NCBI GenBank assembly: GCA_029932645.1
Contig: JAOZPR010000006.1
Coordinates: forward strand, 1-35,604
Origin: Candidatus Aenigmatarchaeota archaeon
GTDB taxonomy: Archaea; Aenigmatarchaeota; Aenigmatarchaeia; GW2011-AR5; JAGGXF01
Length of the DNA stretch: 35,604 nucleotides
Direction: 5' to 3'
The notes beneath the pieces are model-generated. The model saw only the letters and a list, made by a program, of their open reading frames with translations. It was not told where the DNA came from and did not search any database. Below, piece by piece: positions 1 through 8,922 of this stretch (position 1 is its first letter; every line of letters starts with the position of its first letter). The position numbers and the translations under genes were made by a program.

Positions 1-2
1 CA

Positions 3-965
3 TCACCAGATATAGTGAGCTGGGCCATGTTTCTTGGACACAGAATGGAAAAAAAGGCAATAGAACTAAATAAAGAAGAAAAGTTCGAACTTGTTCATGC
101 CCATGACTGGATGATGGTTCCAGCTGGTTTGGGAATCAAGAAAACGCTAAATATACCTATGGTATTCACAATACATTCAACAGAGCGTGGGAGATTTGGC
201 ATTGGTAATAGAGTAGCCAAAATGATAAATGATCTGGAATGGTACGGGACTTATGAGGCAGAGCACATAATAACCGTTGGAAAGGATTTCTACAACGAGG
301 TCAGGGCATTGTTCAATCCGCCTGAGAATAAAATACATTATATACCAAACGGTATTGACATTAAAAGATTTGACACAGAAGCAACACCCATAAATAAAAA
401 TGATTTTGCGGCGGACTGGGAAGATATCATATTGTTTGTTGGCAGACTGACCACACAGAAAGGACTCGAATATCTAATTTATGCCATGCCTGATATATTG
501 AAAGAGCATGGAGAAGCAAAGTTTGTTATTGTTGGAAAAGGAGATATAAACTTTTACAAGTTTACTGCATCAAAAGCAGGTGTCGAGCAAAAAATATTTT
601 TCACGGGATATCTTGAAGAGGGCACTGTGCTCTCATTATTTAAGCAATCTGCAGCAACAGTCATTCCTTCTGTTTATGAACCGTTTGGCATCGTTGCTTT
701 GGAAGCCGCTGCTGGCAAGCGGCCATCTGTCGGTTCCTTTGTCGGCGGACTTAAAGAAACGATTCTACATGAGCAGACAGGCCTGCACACGTATCCTGGC
801 CACAGCAAATCGATTGCCGACCAAGTCAATCGAATACTTTCTGACCGGGGCTGGGCCGACCACCTCGGACGAAAGGGCAGACAGCGCGTTGAGAAGAACT
901 ATAAATGGGATAAAATGGCCCGCTGGACGACTGGCGTCTACGGCGAGGCGCTGGGGTTGTGGTAG
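3..965 (+). CDS. GT-B glycosyltransferase, glycogen/starch-synthase-like (GT4/GT5). The 5' end is cut by the window edge.
   Basis: The frame is open to position 3 (no stop before the listed GTG at 15). HAHDW motif, YEPFGIVALEAAAG (E-x7-E type GT-B motif) and FVGGLKETI are present. It sits in a glucan-metabolism neighbourhood. Confidence 0.8.
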   Translation, partial: SPDIVSWAMFLGHRMEKKAIELNKEEKFELVHAHDWMMVPAGLGIKKTLNIPMVFTIHSTERGRFGIGNRVAKMINDLEWYGTYEAEHIITVGKDFYNEVRALFNPPENKIHYIPNGIDIKRFDTEATPINKNDFAADWEDIILFVGRLTTQKGLEYLIYAMPDILKEHGEAKFVIVGKGDINFYKFTASKAGVEQKIFFTGYLEEGTVLSLFKQSAATVIPSVYEPFGIVALEAAAGKRPSVGSFVGGLKETILHEQTGLHTYPGHSKSIADQVNRILSDRGWADHLGRKGRQRVEKNYKWDKMARWTTGVYGEALGLW

Positions 966-986
966 GGTCTGGTGTCGTGGAAATTG

Positions 987-1010
987 AATTCTAAAAATAA
1001 TTCTAAAAAT
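987..1010. repeat. Perfect tandem 12-mer (AATTCTAAAAAT x2) between convergent genes. On the minus strand it reads as two ATTTTTAG T-runs and may act as an archaeal oligo-T terminator for the GH57 gene.
   Basis: Read directly: aattctaaaaat aattctaaaaat at 987-998 and 999-1010. It lies 24 nt past the GH57 stop (1034-1036) in the direction of minus-strand transcription. Confidence 0.5.
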
Positions 1011-1033
1011 AATAAGATAGAATCCTGTTGTTT

Positions 1034-2251
1034 TCACCCTTTCTCCATCAGCTTCTGATGCACTCGTGTCTTGAAGTCGTGGAGGATTTCCATCAGCGTG
1101 ATGAAGCCCTGATGCGGCGTGTCAAAATATGAGAAGTATTGGTGGACATCGCCGTCTCCCCACCACTTGGTACAAATGTTGTGCAGGTGGTCTGACGTCT
1201 GCAACAGGCGCCACGTCTTTATGAGCTCTTTGTCTTTCGTCTTTTTTACGTCATGTTCCATCTCTTTCAGTTCCTTAAAACATATCTGCTGCATCTTGTT
1301 GCCGAGCCAGGCCGAGACGTCCATTTCAAGGTCTGCCCACGAAACCGTGGAAAGCTCGAACACGTCGAACTCGCCCTTCGGTTCTAGCTTTGCTACCTCA
1401 CTGGGCAATGCGAATTCTAGGTTATCGTATTTCAGAACTTGATATGGCAATGCCTGGAAAAACCAAAAGATACCGGTTTCGGCCCACTGGTGCTCGCCTA
1501 TCGTCTCGTAGTCCATGAACAAGTTGATGCAGTCACCGTCTGCCGCAGCGAGCCATGCTGAATATTTCTCAGCTGTGAGCGGCCACTGGTCCCACCACCT
1601 AGCAGAGAACTTGTAGCCAACATCATCTGTCAGCCTTCTGCTGCGCAACATAACCTTGATTTTATCAGCAGCGTAGTACGGCGGCTTGTAAACATAATGC
1701 GGCGAGCGCCACCCGAGAATGTGCGGCACGCCTTCTGTGAAGACCGCTTCGAAGCCCATCTCCTGTGCGCGCTTTGCTATGATATTATTATAAATCATCT
1801 CGGTGTTCGTCATTACCTTTGGCTTCTGGCCAAAAAGAGACTTAATAGCAGCGGCCTGCTCTTGTACTTGCTCTTTGAATTCTGTGCCATCTTCATACAG
1901 GCTTGCGAGTGAGTGGTAATATGTTTCTGCCAAGAATTCTACATAACCTTTTGGAAATTTTGTGAAAAGATCTATGAGTCCTGGCTGATACTTTTCAGCC
2001 TGTTCAAGCCATGTGCCTGTTATAGAGAAGGCCACCTTGAACGGCTTTCCCTCGTCTTTCATTTTCCAGACAAGGTCGAGAAGCATCTGCGTCGCTGGCC
2101 AATAACACTTTGATGAGACGCGGTCAAAAACAAACTTGTTGAACTCTGTTGCAAAATAACGCTCATTAAAATTATTCTTATAATAGTCCAGACCGAACTT
2201 CTTCAGTCGGATTGGCTGGTGGACCTCGAATATTAAGGAAATTTTTTTCAT
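1034..2251 (-). CDS. Glycoside hydrolase family 57 (alpha-amylase-like)
   Basis: N-terminal SLIFEVHQPIRL (GH57 HQP motif), TNTEM and FMDYETIGEH motifs. The ATG at 2251 (MKKISL...) is preferred over the GTG at 2257. Confidence 0.85.
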   Translation of the reverse strand: MKKISLIFEVHQPIRLKKFGLDYYKNNFNERYFATEFNKFVFDRVSSKCYWPATQMLLDLVWKMKDEGKPFKVAFSITGTWLEQAEKYQPGLIDLFTKFPKGYVEFLAETYYHSLASLYEDGTEFKEQVQEQAAAIKSLFGQKPKVMTNTEMIYNNIIAKRAQEMGFEAVFTEGVPHILGWRSPHYVYKPPYYAADKIKVMLRSRRLTDDVGYKFSARWWDQWPLTAEKYSAWLAAADGDCINLFMDYETIGEHQWAETGIFWFFQALPYQVLKYDNLEFALPSEVAKLEPKGEFDVFELSTVSWADLEMDVSAWLGNKMQQICFKELKEMEHDVKKTKDKELIKTWRLLQTSDHLHNICTKWWGDGDVHQYFSYFDTPHQGFITLMEILHDFKTRVHQKLMEKG

Positions 2252-2268
2252 TACCACACCGAAGATAT

Positions 2269-2277
2269 CTTTTATAT
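2269..2277 (+). promoter_or_regulatory. TATA box CTTTTATAT at -31 to -23 relative to the debranching-enzyme ATG (leaderless geometry)
   Basis: Read directly. Spacing and sequence class match the boxes at 5528-5536, 5547-5555 and 29760-29768. Confidence 0.45.
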
Positions 2278-2299
2278 TTAACTTTAAATATAACTATTT

Positions 2300-4192
2300 A
2301 TGCCCATACCACGAGACATGACTTATATCCTATCTGGCAAAAAGACCTTTTTTCAGCGATTCACAGACGGGTCGTTCAGGACAAAATGGTCCGGCCTTTG
2401 GTCGCTTGGTAAAAAGTTTTTCGATTACTTTTCTGTCTTTGTGCAGAACAAAGACAAATGGCTTTCGCCTTACACCATAGACGATATGAACTACTATGGC
2501 TCAAGAGCTGTGCACAACTATAATATTAATGGTGAGGAAATAAGCGAATTGCTGTTTGTGCCGGAAAACAAAAAAGCCCTTGTGCTTGTTTTGGAAGCGG
2601 AAAAGGCGCATGATTATGAAATAGAATTCGCTGTGAACATTAGAAATATAAGCGAGAACTGGCATGAAAGAGCATACGAAATAGAAAACAAGACAAAAGA
2701 GAAAATCTTTGTGAGCTCGATTGGCGCGCTGTCTATAAAATCAAAACCGACAGGCCAAATCGTAGAAACTTATTACAAGGAGCACAATCCTATGCCAGGA
2801 GACCGGCAACGCTGCCTGGTTGTGAAATATGCATTGAAAGCCAAGAATGCTGAAATAATATTCAGCCTCGGTGACGACAAGCAGGAGGCTATGCAAAATC
2901 ATAATTTTGATTTGGCGCGCGAGATGAAAAAGAAAATAGAATATTATAATGATCTTGTCAGGAATTCTGTGTCCTGCAACGACAAAGAGATAGAGCAGGC
3001 GTTTAAATGGTCCATAATAAATCTGGAGACGCTGCTAAAAAAAACACCTGCCGGCTATGGGTATTATGCGGGCTATCCGTGGTTCCAGCAGATATGGGGA
3101 AGGGACTCTGGCTGGGTCATACCAGCAATCGTGGACCTGGGAGAGTTTCGCAAGGCCAAGGAAGCGTTGGCTACGCTGGGCAAGCATATGGAGAATGGAC
3201 GAATACCCAACTTCATAACAACGGATTCGAAGAATATAGATTACTATTCTGTTGACGCATCGCTGCTCTGGATAATATCACTACACCATTACATCTCGCA
3301 GAGCGATGATATGAGATTTCTTATAAAACAAAGGCCGGTGATGGAAAAGATTTTGTCAACATATCAGAAAAGAACAGACAAACACGGGTTCATTATAAGT
3401 GATGTAGAATATGAAGAAGAAAAGCGCGGTGAGACCTGGATGGACACGCTTAACCGTAGCAGTGAAGCCTTGGATATACAGGCCATGTGGATAAGGAGTC
3501 TCGAGTGCTACAACGAAATGATGCATTGCCTTGGTAGGGATTCGGGTCTGGAAAAAAACGTTCAAAAGCTGAGAAAAAATTTTGACCGAAAATTCTGGAG
3601 CGGCTCTTTCTATTATGATTCTGTCGAGCCCGTGCGAGACAGGAAAACAGCTAATGCGCTTGTTCCCCTGCTCTTTGATTTATCAAAACGTGCTAAAGAT
3701 GTTCTCAACGTCATAGAATCTCCGCTGTTCACAACACCTTGGGGCGTGCGAACACTGGCAAATGATGAGACTGCGTATAATCCAGAATCGTATCATAAAG
3801 GCAGCGTCTGGGAACTCACAACGCTGTGGGCAGCGTGCGCAGAGTTTAAGTATGGAAACCCGAACAAGGGACTGGAATATCTTAAGATGATTTCAAAGGA
3901 CTTGTCTATCTATGGATTAAAAGAGATGACAGAGAACTGGTCTGCTGATAGTGGTAAAGCACTTGGTTGTTCATCGCAGACTTGGAACTATGCATTATTC
4001 ATAAGAGCGATAGACGAATATATGCTTGGTATTGATATAAACGCCTTCAGGAAGCCGGCAATAAAAGTAAAGCCTAGGCTGCCGCTTGGCATAAGCAAAA
4101 TCGTGCGTAAGAAAAGGGTTAAAAACAAATGGTTCAAAATCGCAGCATTCAGGCATGGTGGAGAAGTGAAAACCGAGATAATAGATTTATGA
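2300..4192 (+). CDS. Amylo-alpha-1,6-glucosidase / archaeal glycogen debranching enzyme (GDE_C-type (alpha/alpha)6 barrel)
   Basis: GYPWFQQIWGRDSGW motif, ETWMDT, and C-terminal GSVWELTT and CSSQTWN motifs typical of GDE_C proteins. Length 630 aa. Confidence 0.85.
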   Translation: MPIPRDMTYILSGKKTFFQRFTDGSFRTKWSGLWSLGKKFFDYFSVFVQNKDKWLSPYTIDDMNYYGSRAVHNYNINGEEISELLFVPENKKALVLVLEAEKAHDYEIEFAVNIRNISENWHERAYEIENKTKEKIFVSSIGALSIKSKPTGQIVETYYKEHNPMPGDRQRCLVVKYALKAKNAEIIFSLGDDKQEAMQNHNFDLAREMKKKIEYYNDLVRNSVSCNDKEIEQAFKWSIINLETLLKKTPAGYGYYAGYPWFQQIWGRDSGWVIPAIVDLGEFRKAKEALATLGKHMENGRIPNFITTDSKNIDYYSVDASLLWIISLHHYISQSDDMRFLIKQRPVMEKILSTYQKRTDKHGFIISDVEYEEEKRGETWMDTLNRSSEALDIQAMWIRSLECYNEMMHCLGRDSGLEKNVQKLRKNFDRKFWSGSFYYDSVEPVRDRKTANALVPLLFDLSKRAKDVLNVIESPLFTTPWGVRTLANDETAYNPESYHKGSVWELTTLWAACAEFKYGNPNKGLEYLKMISKDLSIYGLKEMTENWSADSGKALGCSSQTWNYALFIRAIDEYMLGIDINAFRKPAIKVKPRLPLGISKIVRKKRVKNKWFKIAAFRHGGEVKTEIIDL

Positions 4193-4195
4193 TAC

Positions 4196-5524
4196 TTATT
4201 TTGTCATTGTTTTGTTGACCTGTTCCATGACCATCGACTGTATTTCATTGAGTTTGTCTTCTGTTTTTGCTTCGAACCTTAGGTTTATCATCTCTTCTGT
4301 GTTCGAACGCCGTATCATGGCCCAGCCGTCGTCGAAGATAATCTTGGCGCCATCTATTGTAATCATTTTCTTGGCCAGCGGGCTTGTCCTGAAATGCTTC
4401 GTAACCTTTTCCACGACCTCATCTTTATTTTTGCACCGCAGCCGCATGTCCGGACTGGAAAAGTATCTTGGCGCTTCTGCGTCAATCTTTGAGAGCTTGT
4501 TATTGCTGTTGCTGATAATTTCCATCATCCTCAGGGCAGCGAATATACCCTCGTCATAGCCGCCGTTTTCGCGGAAAAAGAAGTGGCTTGTTGTTTCACC
4601 AGCAAGTATGCCGTTTTCTTTGTTGAGCTTTTCTCTTAAAAATATCCTCCCTGCCTTGCTTACTATTGGAATACCGCCTGCTTTTTTTATTTCTTCTTCC
4701 AAGACCATACTGCTTCTTATGTCGTATATTATTTTTTCGCCTGGGTTTTTCTCTAATGCTTGTTTAGCGAATATTATAAGAGCTCTGTCGCCCAGAATAG
4801 TGCTGCCTTTATCGTCTATAAATACAGAACGGTCGCCATCGCCGTCAAAGCCTATGCCCATGTCAGCCTCTTTGTCGAGAACGGCCTGCCTCAGTTTTTT
4901 TATGTTTTCAGGTCTTGTCGGGTCTGGCATGTGGTTCGGATAATTCCCGTCAGGCTCCTCGAAAAGTATCTCATAATCGTGATCAAAGTTTTTCATAACC
5001 GCGTTGAGCGTTGGGCCAACAGCGCCATTGCCTGTGTCAAAGATTATCTTGAGCTGCCTTCCGAACGAAAACATGCCTTTGAGATAACTAATATAGTCTT
5101 GTAAAACATCTACCTTGCTCACAGTTCCCTTTTTTCCCGTTGGCGCACTGGGCTTTTTACTAAGTTCTTGAATCTCTGATTGCGAGAAGGTCATTGTGTC
5201 TGCCCAGCATGGTTTTATTCCGTTGTAATCTGGCGGGTTGTGAGACGCTGTTAGCATAATACCTGGCGCTTTGAGCTTCCTCATGGAAAAGTAGAACAAG
5301 GATATGGGAACCATACCTATGTCAATTACATTGGAACCAAAAGAAGTTAGGGCCTGGGTGACAGACTTCGTGAGTGAAGGACCACTAATCCGGTTGTCTC
5401 TGGCTACAATAATACTCTTGCTCTTGGTCATCTCGACAAAACGTTGTGCAATGTCTTTTACTGTGTTTTCGTTGATTTCGTCAGGATATTTTCCTCGTAT
5501 ATCATAAGGCTGGAATATTGACAT
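4196..5524 (-). CDS. Phosphoglucomutase/phosphomannomutase (alpha-D-phosphohexomutase)
   Basis: Phosphoserine loop TASHNPPDYNGIK, Mg loop GFDGDGDRSVF and sugar loop GETTSH. Length 442 aa. Confidence 0.9.
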   Translation of the reverse strand: MSIFQPYDIRGKYPDEINENTVKDIAQRFVEMTKSKSIIVARDNRISGPSLTKSVTQALTSFGSNVIDIGMVPISLFYFSMRKLKAPGIMLTASHNPPDYNGIKPCWADTMTFSQSEIQELSKKPSAPTGKKGTVSKVDVLQDYISYLKGMFSFGRQLKIIFDTGNGAVGPTLNAVMKNFDHDYEILFEEPDGNYPNHMPDPTRPENIKKLRQAVLDKEADMGIGFDGDGDRSVFIDDKGSTILGDRALIIFAKQALEKNPGEKIIYDIRSSMVLEEEIKKAGGIPIVSKAGRIFLREKLNKENGILAGETTSHFFFRENGGYDEGIFAALRMMEIISNSNNKLSKIDAEAPRYFSSPDMRLRCKNKDEVVEKVTKHFRTSPLAKKMITIDGAKIIFDDGWAMIRRSNTEEMINLRFEAKTEDKLNEIQSMVMEQVNKTMTK

Positions 5525-5527
5525 AAA

Positions 5528-5555
5528 CTTTATTTACCTAGTTAATTAAATAAAG
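5528..5555. promoter_or_regulatory. Back-to-back mirrored TATA boxes (CTTTATTTA on each strand) serving divergent PGM and GalT genes
   Basis: The plus-strand box at 5528-5536 ends 23 nt before the GalT ATG (5559). The minus-strand box at 5555-5547 ends 23 nt before the PGM ATG (5524). The whole intergenic region is 34 nt. Confidence 0.55.
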
Positions 5556-5558
5556 ATT

Positions 5559-6521
5559 ATGATAAACGAAATTAGGAAGGATTATTTGCTTGATAGATAT
5601 TCTATAATTGCTCTCAACCGACTTAAAAGGCCCAAAGACTTTAAGCTGGTCAGAACAAAAGAAAAAAAGATTACCTGCCCGTTCTGCCCTGGCCACGAAC
5701 ACATGACACCACCAACCATTTTCAAGATAGCTGGCCCGCGCAGATGGGAACTGCGTGTGATTGAGAACAAGTTTCCGGCGCTTTCAAAAAAGGCCAAGTA
5801 TAAAAAAATGGTAGGCGGTCTTACACCGGGCTTTACAGGTGCTGGGCATCATGAAGTTATAATAGAGTCTCCCAAGCATAAGAAAAGGCTGGAACAGTTC
5901 AGCGTCAAAAAGATTAAACAAATAATAGATGTCTACCAGCAACGTTTTGTTGCTCTCTCGAAAGATAAGAAGACCGGTTTTGTCTCAATATTCAGGAATT
6001 ATGGAAAGGCGGCCGGAACGTCCCTAACTCATCCGCACTCACAAATCATAGCAACACCGTTTGTTCCGCCGCTGATCAAAAAAGAGTTGAAGGCTGCTGA
6101 AGCATACAAGCGTAAAAAACGGCGCTGTGTGTTCTGCGACATTGTGAAAAAGGAACTCAAAAGCAGGCGGCTTGTTTATAAGAACAACTCCTTTGTCGCC
6201 ATATGCCCGTTTGCGTCCATAGTTCCATATGAGACATGGATAATAAGTAAAAGGCACGTGAAAAACGTCGCTGGGCTGACAGAAAAAGAAAAGTCATCGC
6301 TGGCCACTGCCTTGAAGACTGTTCTCGTGAGAATGAATAAAAAGATACCAGACATTCCGTATAATTATTATATTCACCAGGCTCCCTTGAACAGCAAAAA
6401 AGTTTATCACCTGCACATCGAGATTCTGCCTGCCCTCTCGGTCTGGGCAGGGTTTGAAAAATGCACAGGGGCATATATAAATACGGTTTCTCCAGAGGCT
6501 GCTGCCAAAAGTTTAAGATAA
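5559..6521 (+). CDS. galT: Galactose-1-phosphate uridylyltransferase-family (GalT/HIT branch III) nucleotidyltransferase
   Basis: CPFCPGHEHMTPP zinc/N-terminal motif and catalytic THPHSQIIA (H-x-H-x-Q). Length 320 aa. Confidence 0.85.
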   Translation: MINEIRKDYLLDRYSIIALNRLKRPKDFKLVRTKEKKITCPFCPGHEHMTPPTIFKIAGPRRWELRVIENKFPALSKKAKYKKMVGGLTPGFTGAGHHEVIIESPKHKKRLEQFSVKKIKQIIDVYQQRFVALSKDKKTGFVSIFRNYGKAAGTSLTHPHSQIIATPFVPPLIKKELKAAEAYKRKKRRCVFCDIVKKELKSRRLVYKNNSFVAICPFASIVPYETWIISKRHVKNVAGLTEKEKSSLATALKTVLVRMNKKIPDIPYNYYIHQAPLNSKKVYHLHIEILPALSVWAGFEKCTGAYINTVSPEAAAKSLR

Positions 6522-6540
6522 TAAAAAGTCTAAGATAATA
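6508..6540 (+). repeat. Imperfect tandem 16-mer AAAGT(T/C)TAAGATAATA x2, period 17, overlapping the galT stop codon
   Basis: Read directly: 6508-6523 and 6525-6540, with one mismatch. Confidence 0.5.
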
Positions 6541-6633
6541 TATTAGTCCAAGGCAATATATCAAAAACAATTACGCATCAATTACGATAAAAAATAGAAA
6601 CAAAAATTAAAAGTTTAGCCAACAGTTATTCTC

Positions 6634-6873
6634 ATGATAGATGAAGAGAAAATGGAAGTAAACGAATTCTTGAAAAAGATGACAGAACTAATCGCTAAGA
6701 AGTTTGATAAGCAAAAGCTGGCTGTGGAAGACATTGAAAGCGATGTTAGAGACCTTAAAATAACTATAACACAGCTTGAGCGGAAACTGGAATTGCTTCA
6801 GGAAAAGGTTGATGAACTTTCTGAGAAAAAGAAAGAGATTATAAGCTCCGATGTTCTGGAATCTTTGGAGTAA
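6634..6873 (+). CDS. Hypothetical small coiled-coil protein (79 aa)
   Basis: Heptad-like, E/K/L-rich sequence (LKITITQLERKLELLQEKVDELSEKKKE). I recognise no family. It occupies otherwise empty space on the plus strand. Confidence 0.4.
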   Translation: MIDEEKMEVNEFLKKMTELIAKKFDKQKLAVEDIESDVRDLKITITQLERKLELLQEKVDELSEKKKEIISSDVLESLE

Positions 6874-6883
6874 AGTGAGCAAG

Positions 6884-7378
6884 ATGTACAGTGAAATGGA
6901 TACTAGTAGTGGTAAGTCTGATAGTGGTTCGACTGACAGTGATGTAGAAGAAAAAATGGATGAGCTGAGAATAATCCTAGAGAAACAAGAGATGAAACTG
7001 GGAATAATAGAAGATAGTCTCAAGGAAATCGAGTCTGAGCTCGGAAGGAGCAGAAGACTCTTCAGCATGTACTTCATAGACCCTATAGTAGAAAGATTTG
7101 AGCACAATGAACAAGCTATCGAAAAGCTTGCCAATGAAACAAAAAGTAATTCTACTGCTTATGCTATTAACAGCAGAGAGCTAAACCAGAAAGTTAAAAA
7201 GACTGAGAACCGACTAGGGCTGATAGAAAAAAAGGTTGATATGCTTTTCGAGCTCATGGACAGGCGGCTGGAAAAAATCAAAGAGCTTTTTGATGAGAGA
7301 ACTGTTATAGAAAGCAGTCTCAACAGACTGAGAAAATCCAAAAAAATAGACAAAAAACTTCTAGATGAGCTTGTGTGA
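6884..7378 (+). CDS. Hypothetical coiled-coil protein (about 164 aa)
   Basis: Long helical E/K/L-rich ORF. The ATG at 6884 lies 10 nt after the upstream stop and is preceded by a GTGAG partial SD. The listed ATG at 6851 would overlap the previous ORF by 23 nt. Confidence 0.45.
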   Translation: MYSEMDTSSGKSDSGSTDSDVEEKMDELRIILEKQEMKLGIIEDSLKEIESELGRSRRLFSMYFIDPIVERFEHNEQAIEKLANETKSNSTAYAINSRELNQKVKKTENRLGLIEKKVDMLFELMDRRLEKIKELFDERTVIESSLNRLRKSKKIDKKLLDELV

Positions 7379-7387
7379 CCTGGCCGA

Positions 7388-8902
7388 CTAGCTGAAAACC
7401 GTAAGAAGCATTCTTCTGGCTGGCACTTCTTTTCTTTTTGAGATTTCAAATGCGCTGCTGTGGTTGATAAACTTCAGCGCTTCGTTGAGCTTGCGGGTCT
7501 TATTAGAATATAATGTGAATAACGGCTCATTTATTCGTACACTGTCTCCGAGCTTCTTATACAGCTCTATACACGCGCCCTTCTCTTTTGGCGCGCCTGC
7601 TGTTTTACAGGCATCCACAAGCATTGTGTTGTTTATGGATGTAACAAAACCGCTTTTCTTCGCCTTGAATGTAATGTGCTTCGGGCCAAGCGATATGTCT
7701 TCTGGTTTGATCCTGCGATCGCCGCCTTGCGCTTCTATTATTTCCCGGAGCTTCTTTTCTGCCTTGCCAGAGTTGAAGATGTTAAGGGCAAGAGCTTTTC
7801 CGTTGCGCTTGCCAGCCATTTCAAGAAGCACGCCAGCAACAGATGCCGCTTTGTCTATCAAGTCCGGGGATTTGTGGTATGCGAACGTCTCCAAAACATC
7901 CCTTGCCTCTGCATTCGGCCCTATTGAATGGCCAATGGGTTGTTCACCATACGTAACAAGGACCTTTAGTTTGATATCGATCCTTTTTCCAACAGTGATG
8001 AACTTCTTTGCCAGCTCTCTTGCATCTCTCATGCAGTTGACCTTTGTATGACTGCCCAGCGGGATGTCTATAACAACAGTGTTCGAACCCATCACCTTTT
8101 TCTTTGCCAGAACACTTGGTATGAGCAAGGGGTCCATTGAAAGAGGATGTTCTATCTCTATGAAAAGGTCGTCTGCGGGTGCCAGGTCGAGAGCACCTCC
8201 CCAGACTATACAAGCATTTGTTTTTCTCACAATTTTTTTGATATCATCTGCAGAGAACTCCACGTTGGTCAAGACTTCCATGCGGTCAGCTGTTCCAGCA
8301 GGGCTTGTTATAGACCTAGAAGAGGTCTTAGGTATCTTAAGACCGGCTGCTGCCACTATAGGAACCACAAGCAGCGTTGTCTTGTCGCCAGGCACACCAC
8401 CAATTGAATGCTTATCCAAAACCTTTCCACCGAAAGTTATTTTCTTGCTCGTGTCTATCATTGCCTTTGTGAAATAGTAAACTTCTTTCTCAGTCATACC
8501 ACGAATTTGAAGAGTTGTTATCAGTGCTGCCAATTCCAAATCATTGAGATTTCTTTCAAGAAGGTCGTCCACAATAGCTCTTATCTTTCGGCAAGTCAAT
8601 TCTTTACCAGCAATTTTTTCATGAATAAACCTTTTTGACTCGAGCTCTGGCCGCGGTCTTACCAGTATAGTGTCTCCTGGTCTTGCCCTGAGTTCTTCTG
8701 CAGATTCCCTGTAAAGAACAATTTCCCCTTCTCTAACAAACCTCTTGCTGCTGTTTACAATACATGTGATATCATATTTTCCTTTCTTGACGATAACCCT
8801 GTTCATAGAAAATATTCCAAGCTTCTCAACATCCTTTTCGTTGAGTATAACTACTGCCTTCTCTCCGGCATCGAGCCCGGTGTTTTTGACTTTAAGTTTC
8901 AT
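7388..8902 (-). CDS. deoA: AMP phosphorylase (thymidine-phosphorylase family with N-terminal extension)
   Basis: HSIGGVPGDKTTLLVVPIVAAAG, KTSSRSITSPAGTADRMEVL and an N-terminal extra domain of about 85 aa. The start at MKLKVKN (8902) gives 504 aa, which matches my recollection of the Thermococcus enzyme N-terminus and length. Upstream ATGs at 8926 and 8932 would overlap the rbcL stop. Confidence 0.88.
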   Translation of the reverse strand: MKLKVKNTGLDAGEKAVVILNEKDVEKLGIFSMNRVIVKKGKYDITCIVNSSKRFVREGEIVLYRESAEELRARPGDTILVRPRPELESKRFIHEKIAGKELTCRKIRAIVDDLLERNLNDLELAALITTLQIRGMTEKEVYYFTKAMIDTSKKITFGGKVLDKHSIGGVPGDKTTLLVVPIVAAAGLKIPKTSSRSITSPAGTADRMEVLTNVEFSADDIKKIVRKTNACIVWGGALDLAPADDLFIEIEHPLSMDPLLIPSVLAKKKVMGSNTVVIDIPLGSHTKVNCMRDARELAKKFITVGKRIDIKLKVLVTYGEQPIGHSIGPNAEARDVLETFAYHKSPDLIDKAASVAGVLLEMAGKRNGKALALNIFNSGKAEKKLREIIEAQGGDRRIKPEDISLGPKHITFKAKKSGFVTSINNTMLVDACKTAGAPKEKGACIELYKKLGDSVRINEPLFTLYSNKTRKLNEALKFINHSSAFEISKRKEVPARRMLLTVFS

Positions 8903-8922
8903 CTCGGTTGTTGCACTTGTTT

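Noticed and set aside
580-987. A 135-aa plus-strand ORF overlapping the 3' half of the glycosyltransferase gene in another frame. A minus-strand ORF at 765-1037 is similar.
   Set aside because: It is an alternative frame of a well-supported gene, its composition is Arg/Ser/Leu-rich, and it has no motifs.
987-1010. A CRISPR-like or minisatellite array.
   Set aside because: There are only two 12-nt units with no spacers. It is far too short, and no repeat-spacer periodicity exists anywhere in the window.
6634-7378. The two coiled-coil ORFs as one gene broken by a frameshift.
   Set aside because: They are in different frames (+1 apart). The first ends at a clean TAA, and the second has a plausible ATG 10 nt downstream with a partial SD. 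There is no homology evidence for a fused form, so I annotated them as two small genes with low confidence.
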